Position numbers and translations under genes: made by a program. DNA of 64,000 nucleotides from Ranitomeya imitator. Taxonomy: Eukaryota. The DNA is taken from assembly GCF_032444005.1 (NCBI RefSeq), contig NC_091283.1, forward strand, positions 178,808,001 to 178,872,000. Reading direction: 5' to 3'. Shown in pieces: positions 10,745-24,773 of the stretch. Each line of letters starts with the position of its first letter. Position 1 is the stretch's first letter. The notes below the pieces were generated by a model that saw only the letters and a list, made by a program, of their open reading frames with translations, ran no database searches and was not told where the DNA came from.

Positions 10745-11005
10745 GTTCACATACCCCATTTCTTAATACCGTGTATTGTCCCCTCTAACATCAATGACAG
10801 CTTGAAGTCTTTTGTGGTAGTTGTGGATGAGGTTCTTTATTTTCACAGATGGTAAAGCTGCCCACTCTTCTTGGCAAGAAGCCTCCAGTTCCTGTAAATT
10901 TCTGGGCTGTCTAGTATGAACTGTGTGCTTGAGATCTCCCCAGAGTGGCTCAATGATATAGAGGTCAGGAGACTGAGATGTCCTCTCCAGAACCTTCACT
11001 TTGCT
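10745..11005 (-). mobile_element. Tc1 transposase C-terminal fragment
   Basis: SQSPDLYIIEPLWGDLK...QEEWAAL...RLQAVIDVRGDNTRY. Confidence 0.85.
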
Positions 11006-11013
11006 CTGACCGT

Positions 11014-11233
11014 GGTCAGAATTGTAAAAATTGGCTTGGTCATTAAGTACCAAATTGGCCCTGTCACTAAGGGGTTAATAATAAAGACCTTCATTTAAAA
11101 ACTGCATTTTGTGTTCACTTGTGTCATCTTTGTCTAACATTTAAATGTTGTTTGGTGACATGAAACTTTTAAGTGTGACAAACATGCAAAAGACTAGGAA
11201 ATCAGGAAGGGGGCAAACACTTTCACAAAACTG
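11014..11233. mobile_element. Junction of a piggyBac-like element end (to GGGG-TTAA at 11078) and a Tc1 terminal repeat ending CTG|TA
   Basis: 11014-11078 is the reverse complement of the left end seen at 63000. 11079-11233 matches the Tc1 TIR segment GACCTTCATTTAAAAACTGCATTTTGTG also found near 25065. Confidence 0.6.
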
Positions 11234-11950
11234 TATATGTATTTATAGACAAATTTCCTGCAGGAGAGAATTCTCTGTCCCCCTTTGGCTGCTTTATTAA
11301 AGAGGTGGGCCTGCTTGATATCTGGAGAGAGAAGTTTCCTAATGCAAAGGTTTACTCATGTGCCTCATCGACATATCAATCCCTCTCAAACATTGATTTG
11401 GTGTTATGTAATCCTTCTACGATCTCGGAGATTGTTAATATAGAATGCTCTCCCAGGTTGTTATCGGATCACTCTCCCCTACAGTTTCAGCTACAGGTGG
11501 ATCTGATGAGGGCTAGTTTCACTCAAGGGTGCAGGCTTAATCCATTTTGGCTTAAAATTATTGACTGTAACAATGTCAGGGGACAGCTATCGGATTTTTT
11601 TTTTCCACTAATTTGGGCTCGGCACACATAAGCTTGTAATTGGATGCAATGAAGGCCTTCTTGAGGGGCGTGATAATAAGAGAAATAAAGTCGGTTAAGG
11701 ATAGCTCACAAAAGAGAGGGATAGACTTGAAAAACAGAGTTTGGGATACTGAATTGTTGTTTATTCATAATAGCCCTGAAAAGTTATCACGGTGGAAGGA
11801 ACCGCAAAAACTGCTTTGAGCATTCCAAATAGAGCAGGACAATAATAAACATATGTTTATAAAACAGTAATTCTATGACAAGGGAGGGACCATGGGTCAG
11901 TTACTTGCAAAGATGGCTGAGGCCCAAAAAGAAAATGCTTTTATATATTA

Positions 11951-12588
11951 CAAAGAAAGAAGAAAATATGGCACTCACCAGCTTGTGCTGCGATAAAGAA
12001 GTCCTTTTTTGCACCATAGCGTGGACTGAGGACATCATAACAGCTGCAGGTATATGCGAGGGTGCAAGGTAACCGAGGACCTCGCCACATTTTCTTCTTT
12101 CTTTGTATATGATGCTCTTGGACTGCTAATCAATAGCAAAGAAGAAAAAAAGCCAGCTCACCGAGTAGCCACCGCAGGAGCACGGAACCCAACGCTGATC
12201 CACGCGGTCATCTCATGAAGAAAAGAAAAAATCGTTCCAGCTCCAAATAGTAAAATCCAAATTCCAACTTTATTAAGCCAATATAAAAACAACGGTGGAC
12301 ATATGCTCTACATGTGCATATCAGGACACGAGCGACGCGTTTCGATCCTGCACAGAGCTTTATCAAAGCTCCGTGCAGGATCGAAACGCGTCGCTCGTGT
12401 CCTGATATGCACATGTAGAGCATATGTCCACCGTTGTTTTTATATTCACTGCTAATCAATGTTGAGCACCACAAAGCCAATGCAAGATACCACCTGATAT
12501 TGTACGGGGAACTTTTGCTGCTGCAGCCACAGAAAACTGCAGGTGTAACCTAGTGCCATTCTACTTTTCTCTATGAAATTTATCATTG
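11951..12588. mobile_element. Short Penelope-like insertion A (14-bp TSD) inside L1
   Basis: TSD GCTTTTATATATTA at 11937-11950 and 12589-12602. 24-bp inverted repeat 11949-11972 / 12084-12107. Excision rejoins the L1 frame (KENAFIY*LKDVAVNMV). Confidence 0.65.
12135..12447. mobile_element. Short fold-back Penelope-like insertion B (13-bp TSD), nested in insertion A
   Basis: TSD ACTGCTAATCAAT at 12122-12134 and 12448-12460. 82-bp arms at 12280-12361 / 12365-12446 (1 mismatch) containing CGAAACGCGTC. Confidence 0.75.
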
Positions 12589-15422
12589 GCTTTTATATAT
12601 TAATTGAAGGATGTAGCGGTCAATATGGTCATCAGGATCCCAGAAATACTAAAGATCTTGCGTTGCTTCTATTCTAATCTATATTTGTCTAAGGTCAATT
12701 ACTCGCAAGATGATTTGTCGGATTACCTCTTGGGGAAAACTCTCCCTTGTCTGGTGGATAAAGATGGCTTTTTTTTTTTTTTTTGTTCTACATCCAATTT
12801 CCTTGGAAGAAGTTAGACTGTAGGGAAAATGGCTAATGATAACCCCCCTGGATCGATGGCCTTCCACTAGAAATCTATAGACATTTTGAGGACGAAAAAT
12901 TACTGAGCTACCTGAAAATGATTAATAATGCATTTTTATCAGGACTGTTACCAAATTCGTTACATAAGGCGATAACGGTTATTCTGCCCAAGGATGTAAA
13001 AAAAAAATAGTTCTGTAAGAGTCATGTAGTTCTCTATCTCATTGCTGATGACAGATGTTAAGATAATGGCTAAAATTCCAGCCTCCCGACTGAGTACGGT
13101 TATTGAATCAGTAATTCATCCAGATCAGGCTGGCTTTATGCCCTGTAAGTAAACTGCTACAAACCTACGTAGACTTTTAATTTGCAGGCGCCACAGGTGG
13201 ATTCTAGTCGGAAGGACGTCTTATCCTTAGGTGCCACCAAAGTATTTGAAAGTGTCAAATGGGGTTGTATTTGGGCAGTGTTTAAAAAAAGAGCAAAAAA
13301 GGATATGGCCCTAACTTTCTTAAATGGGTTATGCTGATGTATAAGCACCAACTGCTAAAATAAGAGGAAATGGATATGTTTCTGGAAACCTGGAGCTTCA
13401 GAGGGGAAGACAGGGCTGTCGAATGTCACCCTTCCTTTTTGAACCGTTACTTATTAGACAACCTAATGGGATAGAGAGTTTTAAATATGTAAATTCTGAC
13501 GAAAAAATTGCTTTGCATGCAAACGATCTCTTATTTGTCAATTATATAAATATTTTGCTTCCAATTATAATGGGACTTACGTTGAGATTTGGGGTCTTGG
13601 GATTGACCATAAATTTTGCAAAGTCTGCTCTGCTTCCCTTGGACGATAAAAAAACATCTGAAGACTATGAAGTTCTTTCATGGTCCCAGCAGTCTCCCCA
13701 TTTAAATATCTTTGCATATATATATTTCAAGAGAGGCAAAAGATTATATCCCTCTAAACCTGAGTCCATTGGCAAGTTCCAGAAATAAAGTTGAAGCATG
13801 GGGGAAATTGCCGCTTTCAGCCTTGAGAAGGACGAATCCTGTCAAAATTTGCATTCTTTATGTACTCCATAATTCTCTCTTTTGGATTCCCAAATATTGG
13901 GTATGCATAACATTTTTAAGAACTTGATTTGGAAAAGGGGTATAGCCGGGATGAAGTTGGAGAAGCTACAGTTGCCCAGAAATATGGGTGATTTGGCCTT
14001 GCCACATACTTGGGGTTAATTTCTAGCCCGTCCATTTCAACATTTTAAAAGATGGGCTTTGAAGGGAGTGCAGGGGGTAGGTGTCCAAGTGCATTTCTTT
14101 AGGGGGAGGTAATATAGTAGAACTACTAGAGTCATGCAGGCTTAATTCCCAACTTTAAATCTTGCCCATAGAATTTGGTGGGCATGTAAGAAATGGTTGG
14201 GAATGGGAGAAAATTCCAAGTTCAACCCTATCTGGAATAATCCCTGTTTGAGGGATTTGCAACATTTGGAAGATTTTGGAAATTGAAAAGGAGAGGATTA
14301 GGATACTTAAAACAATTATGAAAGGAGTGTTATTTTTTGGGCATTTAAACAGACTTTTAATTTGCGTAACTCTGATTTCTTCAAGTATCTACAATTACAG
14401 CACGCCATTAGAGGTAAGAAGTTTATCTCCGATCTGTCCATCACCTTGAATAGGGTGTTGGATACTGTGGTAAATGCAAAAAATACTAAAGGTCTTATAT
14501 CTTTCATGTATAACTTGTTACTAAAAATTATGGGAGACCCTATGGCTGTAGTTAAATCCAGGTGGGGGAGGATATGGGAAAAAATTTATTCAGAGGAGTG
14601 TGATGATATTTTAGAGTCACCAGGAAAAGTATCAATAAATACAGCTCAAAAAAGATCCAAAATATTTCTCATACACAGAGGGTCTCAGAACAGGTGATTG
14701 CTGCCCACGCTGTAGGGAAGATTGTGCACGCTTGCTCCATATGTTCTGGTCCTGCTCTCACGTAGTTGGGCTGTGGGAGGAGGTGGTAGATTACAGTAAT
14801 TCTCAAGATCTTTACAATTCAAATATCTCTTCGCCCAACATACACACTTTACGGCTACGTGGGCGACATTGGAAAAAAAAAGAGCGACCATGCTTTAGTA
14901 CAGCAGGACCATTTTTAGTGTTTAAAAACAAATAATGCAAGTTAGCAGGGAGGATCATAAATTGAATGCAAGGAGAAAAAAAATAATTAACTGAGGTAAA
15001 CGAAAAATTCCACAAGATTCCATCATTCCGTATGATTTTAGTAGATTTCCCATGTCTCCAGACTACAGACTACAAAGAAGTCCGGTGTAGTCTGACCTTT
15101 CAGTGATGCTTCCTAATGTCTCCTAAGTCCTACTAACCTACTTGTAGGATCAGTTTGGTGTATAGCCTGTCACTACGGAAAGACATGCAACTGCCCAAGA
15201 GCTGGGGACACAAAACCGTAGAGTAATTTTTTTTTAAGGAAAATAAATATTTGCATAGTTGTTTCATTTGAGATACAATAGCAAAATCTGGTTATAAAGA
15301 TGGACAAAGGCCCTAACTTTATGGCAACTGCAGTTTACATGTATTAAAGAGCTGTCGACAGCCCTACGATCACTTTTACATCCCCTGCCTCCATAGCGGA
15401 GATAGAAATTATATATATATTA

Positions 15423-17054
<1,632 letters not shown>

Positions 17055-18400
17055 TNNNNNNNNNNNNNNNNNNNNNNNNNNNNNNNNNNNNNNNNNNNNN
17101 NNNNNNNNNNNNNNNNNNNNNNNNNNNNNNNNNNNNNNNNNNNNNNNNNNNNNNNNNNNNNNNNNNNNNNNNNNNNNNNNNNNNNNTCTGAGAAAGTTCC
17201 TTCCAAAGCTATCGGTCTGGGCATAAAACTCTAGACAGCAAGCATCGCTGTGATATGTGGAATTGGTAATATGGCACCGGCCAAACATTTGTCAGGAAGC
17301 CGCACATTCATAAACATTACCATTTATATAATGTTTATTCAGTAAGATGTTGATCCATCAATTGGTGAGATGCTGCATAAAAAATGGTGACATCGGTAAT
17401 ACGGGGGACAAGACTTGTTGAATCACATCCCTGTGTCATGTACAGTGGAAAAAGCCTTCGTTCCTCCACCTAGCAGCTCCGAAGAATGGCCACCATCTTC
17501 CTAGAGAAATCCTGGGGTTGAATTTCTGATGGCATCATGCTGACTTGAGATTGAAGGTCACCAGGGATCACGACTCATTTTTTTTCTGTGACTTCCCCTA
17601 CATGTCCGCACTTTCCGGTCTGCTTTCGACCATCTGCAAGCCTCTTCACGTGAACCAAAAGGCACATAGCCCCTGGAAAGCATAGTCTGTACACAGACCA
17701 TAAAGTGCAAATGTATGAAGCCGGCCTAAAACGGAGCTCCATAGCATAGAATAAGTACTAAAGTTTGTTTCCTAGACTTTTAATATTGATGGCTTATCCT
17801 TGGAGTAGGCTTTCTATATCAGATCTGGTCCCACTTCCCACATCTAATTGAAGGGGCCATGACTAGAATGGAGCAAAAAGATTCACAGGACCCAGGTCCA
17901 GCAGCCAGAATACTGGCTGCTGGACGAGAACCCTCCGAACTTCCTCCTACCTTCCAGTATGCTTCTGGTCTCGGCTGATTTTGTAGGTTTGCTGCAATAT
18001 CTTTGTCATTTCAGCATGACATCCCGCCTGGCCTAGTAATCAGAAGTAATCAGCATCATGCTGCAAATTTTTTTTTTTTCTTTTGCCGAACTGGTATGAG
18101 AAAAAAAAACGCTGATCAGCACTGCCCCATATAATAACATTGGGCCTAATGCTACCTGATAAAATATGGGATGGCACTCGTCCGATGTACACACTCGTGT
18201 GAGCGAGCACTAAGGCAAAGTCTGCATCAGACTGGATAGACAAATTCTGGGGCACAGGTTTTTTTTTTTTTTTGGCAAAAGGACCCGTCACTGTTTTTTT
18301 TGTAATCTTTTTAAGCCACTGGATGGCTATGTTTGAGGAATTTCAGTGTTATAAATCAGAATCCGCATGAAAGTTGTTACTTAATTGCACTGAAACATAA

Positions 18401-19205
18401 GGCCTCTTTCACATTTCCGTCTTTCTTTTTCCATCACAATGCATTGTTTTGTGAAAAAAACGGATCCAGCAAATGTTTCTGCTGGATCCATTTTTTTTCT
18501 CATAGACTTGTATTAGCGACTGATTGTGACGGATGGCCTTCCGTTTCATCCGTCGTGCAGTGGTTCCGTTGTAAAATCGCTGTCCGTCGGGCGGAGACAA
18601 CGCACATAGAAACGTTTTTTGTGCACGTCGGAAAATCGCGCAGCGACGGATCATGCACTGTCTGTCATTGGCTATAATGGAAGCCTATGGACGCAGGATC
18701 CATCGCTGTGTGTCAAAAGCAGGAATCCAGCGACGTGTTACGTGTTTTGAAACTGAGCGTGCGTGGAAGAATTTCCCATCAGGAAAATTCTCTCGCTCTC
18801 TCTCTTTTTACTATTGATGCTGCCTATGCAGCATCAATAGTAAAAAGATATGTTAAAAATAATAAAAAAATAAGCGAGACCGATACGTCATCATCACAGG
18901 TCATTGTCTCGCAAGGCATTACTGGGAACGAGAGCTGCCGGCAGCATCGTGAACGCTTTGGGGGACGCCGGAATGTGAGAATATCAAGATTTTTTAAATT
19001 ATTTTTAACATTATATATCTATTTACTATGTTTTGATAAGTGTGACCAACCTGTCAATCAGTTTTCCAAGCGATGCTACAGATCGCTTGGAAAACGCTAT
19101 TGATCCGTCAAAAAAATGAATCCAGTGCATCAGTTTTTTTACAATGTACACAGGATCTGTCTTTTCAACATTTTGACTGATTGTGACGGAAGTGTGAAAG
19201 AGGCC
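18401..19205. mobile_element. Harbinger-type MITE
   Basis: TIR GGCCTCTTTCACA...TGTGAAAGAGGCC with TAA/TTA flanks. Confidence 0.8.
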
Positions 19206-19748
19206 TTAGTTGTTAAAAATTGTGCTTTGTAAAGTAATGTGAGGGCGCTCTATAGTCACATTATTTTAGAAATGGCGCCACCCTTTTTCATAGGGTGTGG
19301 CTTGGTATTGCAGCCCCATTCTTTAGAAGTGACATTAAATGATGACGTATTCAGCCTGCATGGTTGAATATTGTAGACATGGCCTGTACAAGGAGTCGGC
19401 TCTAGTCACTGATTGTTATATATACTGCAGCCTGGAAACAAGCATATGCTGAAGAGCCGACCACTTCCAGCACTTACACCCCTTTGTTCTGTTTTATTAA
19501 ATCTCCAAGGTCGCCCCAGCAACACATGCAGTAAATGACATGGCGTAGCATGCTTAGAAATGCAGCTGTGTGCCGATATGTTTCTGTAGGTAAGTTTACC
19601 ATTTTTCTAGTTTGTTGGGCCAACCAATGAATCAGGCAGTACTTTGCATTTTATATATATCAATTTAAAACAGGAAACAGTCTTCTGATTCCCTTTGTCT
19701 GCTTTGCTACAGATAGGCAGATGGACTCCTCATGCACAGCTGTATTAA

Positions 19749-20450
19749 GGTACCTTCACACTGAACGATATCGCTAGCGATCCGTGACGTTGCAGCGTCC
19801 TGGCTAGCGATATCGTTCAGTTTGACACGCAGCAGCGATCAGGATCCTGCTGTGATGTCGTTGGTCGCTGCAGAAAGTCCAGCACTTTATTTCGTCGCTG
19901 GACTCCCTGCAGACATCGCTGAATCGGCGTGTGTGACGCTGATTCAGCGATGTCTTTACTGGTAATCAGGATAAACATCGGGTTACTAAGCGCAGCGCCG
20001 CGCTTAGTAAGCCGATGTTTACCCTGGTTACCAGCGTTAAAGTAAAAAAAACAAACACTTCATACTTGCCTTCCGCTGTCTGTCCCCGGCGCTGTGCTTC
20101 TCTGCACTGACTGTGAGCACAGCGGCCGGAAAGCACAGCGGTGACGTCTCCGCTCTGCTTTCCGGCTGGCCGGCGCTCACAGCCAGTGCAGGAAGCACAG
20201 CGCTGGGGACAGACAGCGGAAGGTAAGTATGAAGTGTTTGTTTTTTTTACTTTAACGCTGGTAACCAGGGTAAACATCGGGTTACTAAGCGCGGCGCTGC
20301 ACTTAATAACCCGATGTTTATACTGGTTACCGGCATCGTTGGTCGCTGGAGAGCTGTCTGTGTGACAGCTCTCCAGCGACCAAACAGCGACGCTGCAGCG
20401 ATCCAGATCGTTGTCTGGATCGCTGCAGCGTCGCTCAGTGTGAAGGTACC
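19749..20450. mobile_element. Harbinger-type palindromic MITE
   Basis: TIR GGTACCTTCACACTGA...TCAGTGTGAAGGTACC with extensive internal inverted symmetry. Confidence 0.8.
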
Positions 20451-21029
20451 TTTACCGTATGTTCACACTAAGTTTTTTTTAATTTGGATTATTATTCATC
20501 AAAATCCACGAAGGGTACTTTCTGAATAAGCTTCCTGTTAATTTCAGTGGGAAAACCTGCATGTAGTGCTGTTTTGTTTGTTATTTTAACATGTAGAAAA
20601 AGCAGCAACATGAGGATTCTTCCAATTTCTTTCAATGGAAAATTCTGAAGTTCCACATAAGAAATACTCTGGATATGACTGGGCTCTCATGTTTTATTTT
20701 TTTCCATGGATTTTGAAGTGGCATTTGTTCCAAAATCCACATAAAAACCCACTTCAAATACTTTCTGAATAAGATTTATATTCATATCAGTGGGGAAATA
20801 CTAGAAATTAATGACTAAATTTGCAGAACCTTGGTCCAGGAGCCCTGTGAAACGCCTGCTGACATCTTCAGCTACTCTTTTCATTAGCCAGCCTGATACA
20901 ACGTTGTGTGTGTGTGTGTCACACTGCAACTATATAACACATAATAATAATAATAATCTTTATTTTTATATAGCGCTAACATATTCCGCAGCACATGACG
21001 TAAGGGGTACACGCGACTCGTGAGCCTTT

Positions 21030-21815
21030 CTAACCTACGTGTTCAAACTTAGACTTTCAGAAAATTCTCTTTTGCCTAGAAAAATCCCCCTTCCAAATAA
21101 GACATGAGACTCCAATTGGATTAAATGGCCACAGCAGCCTTTTATTAAACATTAAATTACAAACAATTCAACAATATTCCCCCAGGAGGGGTGGTCCTCA
21201 AAGCCCCGAAATAAATACACTGCAGATATGCAAATTCCACCTTGGCCTCTAGGTTTAGTCTTACCCCCAGCCGCTATGCGCCATCTCGGAGGCAGATTGT
21301 CACCAACCCGGCCAAGCCAACACCGATTAACAAGCCCCTTAATGATCCCTTCCACAGGATGATTTACCCCGTCCGCTTGAAATCAACCCAGGGGGAGTCC
21401 AGGACCACTAGAGATCCCCCCCCCCCCTCCAATCCACCATTCCCCAATTCCACCAACTTCGAGGACCAAGCCCCACTGCCGTGACAAATTACAGGCCCAA
21501 AGATTAAATTTTGTAACCGAAGACCACTGTTACAAACAAAGGGATGGTGGGTGCGAGCTTCACACGCGCTCAAGAGAGGTAGGTGGAATGGTTCCCACAG
21601 CAAAATGGCCGACCCCTTGTATAGTGTCCCTATGCTCCACCTCCAAACCCCTCCTACCCCCCTGACTCAACATCCCTTCACCACATATATCCTTCTGTTA
21701 ACCCCGAACACCTACCCAACATTAAGGCTCATTACATTCGCAATTTACCCCGTCATGTCGGCCTCCCTTGAGGGCCAGCTGTCCCGTACGGCCTCTCTTC
21801 GCCTACGTGCCGCAA
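21030..21815 (-). mobile_element. Unclassified repeat, possibly a terminal-repeat fragment of a Ngaro/DIRS-like element
   Basis: Minus strand has AATAAAAGGCTGCTGTGGCC and CCCACCATCCC motifs reminiscent of such repeats. No coding support; recognition from memory only. Confidence 0.3.
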
Positions 21816-23346
21816 TTATTTTTTTTTTACATTAAGTTTTAGGATGTGGATTTGTATTCAGCCATAAAGCCAATATTTAGACAATGCACAAAGGGTTTTT
21901 CTGTGATTTTTACATAGATGGCTTATCCTTAAGTCAGGTCATCTAAATCTAATCGGCTGGAGTTAGTCATCCAGCTCGGTAGGCGGATAGAGCACAACTC
22001 CGTTAACCGTATAGTGGCCGTGGCCTGGTACTGCACATCTGCCCCCTATATGAATCAAAAATTCTGGTACATTTAGAATAGTATTTCCCCCTCCCCTCCC
22101 CCCGCCTCTCATTTGCTTTAGGGAGATAATATGCACTATGAAATATTTTGAGTGGATGATTCCTGTGGTCTAAAACTTGGTGCATGTGTCATCCGGGCCT
22201 GACTGTTTAAGAAACCAATGGGAATAGGATGCACTTCTTTTATACAGTAAAGAGAGCAATTATTGTGGCCTGTCGGATATCATCTGTCATCATCTATGTG
22301 GCCCATAGTGATCTACATTCAATGAATGCACTAGGAGCAGAGTATTGAATTCTGGTATGGGCACTAAAATGCACCTAATAGTTTGGAAATCACATCCCCC
22401 GACCCTTGGTCTTGATGTAAAATGTAAAGTATTCACACTATTAAGTCCATTGTTTTAGGAAGCTTTGCATGGAGAAGGCATTTTTCTTATTTTAGAAATC
22501 CCATGTCCATAATGCATGCATGTGCGCCTTTGGATCACCGGCGAAAACTGACACGCAGCACATCTTTCAAGACCACAGCATGTAAATTTCTCTTGTGAAG
22601 ACTTTGACTAGGCGCTCCAAAGTCTTAATTTTGTTTTTCTTAAGCCGTTTAGAGGTGGACTTGCTGGTGTATTTTGAATAATTGTCCTGCTGCATAACCC
22701 AAATGCTCTTCAACTTAAGGTCACAAACAGATGGCCTGACATTCTCCTTCAGGATTTTTGTTAGACGGCAGAATTCATGTTTTCATTTGCCACAGCAAGA
22801 CTTCCAGGTCCTGAAGCTGTAAAACCGCCACAGACCATCACACTTCCACCACCATATTTTACTTTTGGTATGATGCTTCTTTTCTAAAATGCTGTGTTAA
22901 TTCTACCCCAGATGTAATGGCACAGTCACCTTCCAAAAAGATCAACTTTTGTCTCTTTAGTCCACAGAGTATTTTCCCCAAAGTCTTGGGGATCATCAAG
23001 ATGTTTTCTGGTAAAACTGAGAAAAGCCTTTGTGTTCTTATTGCTCATAAGTGGTTTTCGTCTTGAAACTCTGCCATGCAGGCTATTTTTGCCCAGTCTT
23101 ATGGTGCAGTCATGAACACTTACCTTAAGTGAGGCCTGCAGCTCTTTGGATGTTGTTGTGGGGTCTTTTATGACATCTTGGATGAGTCATCACTGCGCTC
23201 CTGGGGTAGTTTTGGTTGGCCGGCTACTCCTGGGAAGGTTCACCGCTGTTCCATGTTTTCGCCATTTGTGGAGAATGGATCTCACTGTGGTTTGCTGGAG
23301 TCCCAAATCTATAGAAATGGCTTTATCACCTTTTCCAGACTGCTAG

Positions 23347-24773
23347 TGTCATGATTTGACTGGTGAGTGACCTAGGACCAGCGGTACCTTTTCTGGCCCT
23401 AACACTAGGGGGCACACTAGCTCACCCTGTTTCCCGGGATACTTCAGATGGCGAAGAAGCCGGGACCTCCGCCCTTGCCTTATCTCCTAGTACAGCCCTT
23501 TGTCTGTTCCCTTCCCTGTTGTGAATTCTGCTTTTGGGCTCCCTCCGGTGGCTGTAGATGGTAATGCAGTTGTGCCTGGACTGCAGGATTGGACAGGTGT
23601 ATCTGCTAATTGCAAAGCTGACTGGGGTATTTAGCTGTGCAGGACTCATTAGTCCCTGCCAGTTGTCAATGTACTATTGCCAGTAATGGTTCTCTCCTGG
23701 CCTCTCCTGCCTGCTGCCATTTCAGCTAAAGATAAGTGTCTGATTCTGTTTCTTAGGCTCACAGGCTGTGTGTCTATTTTTTCAGTCCCGTTCTTAGTTT
23801 CTATTTTGTTCCAGCTTCGACTGTCCTGTTGTTTTCTCAGTCTGGTTGGATTCGCTGGAGTTGCAGATATACTCTCCACACCTTAAGTTAGGTGGTGGAG
23901 TTTTTGTATTTTTCTGCGGTGGATATTTTGTAGATTTTGTACTGACTGCTCAGTATCCTGTACTATACTTTCCTATCTAGGTAGAAGTGGCCTCCTTTGC
24001 TAAATCTGTTTTCTGCCTGCGTGTGTCTTTTCCTCTCCTACTCACCGTCATTATTTGTGGGGGGCTGCCTATACTTTGGGGGTCTACTCTGAGGCAAGTC
24101 AGTTTTCCTATTTTCCATCTTTAGGGAAATGTAGTCCTCCGGCTGTGTCGAGGTGTCTAGGTCTGATAGGTACACCCCACGGCTACTTCTAGTGTCTGTG
24201 ATAAGTTCAGGGTTAGCGGTCTGTATAGTTAACACTACTCCAGCGAAAGTCTATTCATGTTGTTCCAAGGCCGCCTGATCATAACACTTCCCCCACCCAG
24301 GGAAGAGAGGCACTACTGTGAACAGCAGTACACCAACCCGACAGACAGGGTAACAAAGACAAGGGTAAACTGAAAACTCAACAACACAAAATACACACTC
24401 ACATAGAACAGAGGTATTCAACAGGGTGTGTAGGGAGGGGGAAGATAGCAAACAGGGAAGGATAAAGAATTTCCAAGCTTACAAACCAGACAACAGTCGC
24501 TAATAAACTCCTCTAGCACGCCTTCTCAAAACCAGTGTCATGCAGCAAGTGCTAACTCTGACGAGGACTTGATAATCAAGCCCAGATTTTATAGGGAAAA
24601 AGTGGCTAACTGAGCACAGCTGAATATAGGAGTTTCCAATATGGCCGATTAACCCCTGTTCTGTTGGAAGAAATGAACACGTTTAATACACTGAAGTGCT
24701 TCTTCTCAGCGTAGTAGGAGCAACTAGATGCTGCGGTCTTCTGGCTCCGCTCCATTGCCGTAACCCCGTGACA
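23347..24773. mobile_element. Solo LTR (5-bp TSD), itself interrupted by another LTR
   Basis: TGTCATGA...CCGTGACA with TSD GCTAG at 23342-23346 and 24774-24778. Confidence 0.85.
23517..24286 (+). mobile_element. Solo LTR (6-bp TSD), related to the 7658-8517 LTR
   Basis: TGTTGTGAATTCTG...GATCATAACA with TSD CTTCCC at 23511-23516 and 24287-24292. Shares GTCATTAT.TGTGGGGGGCTGCCT and CCACGGCTAC.TCTAGTGT with the 7658-8517 LTR. Confidence 0.88.

Larger units (their letters stand above)
11270..14800 (+). pseudogene. Decayed L1/Tx1-clade LINE ORF2 (endonuclease, RT, CCHC)
   Basis: LLDIWREKFP...IDLVL...SDHSPL (APE), SISLL...VIHPDQAGFMP, RQGCRMSPFLF, degenerate HANDL (YADD), LTINFAKS, CPRC...HMFWSC. 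Many stops and frameshifts. Confidence 0.88.
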
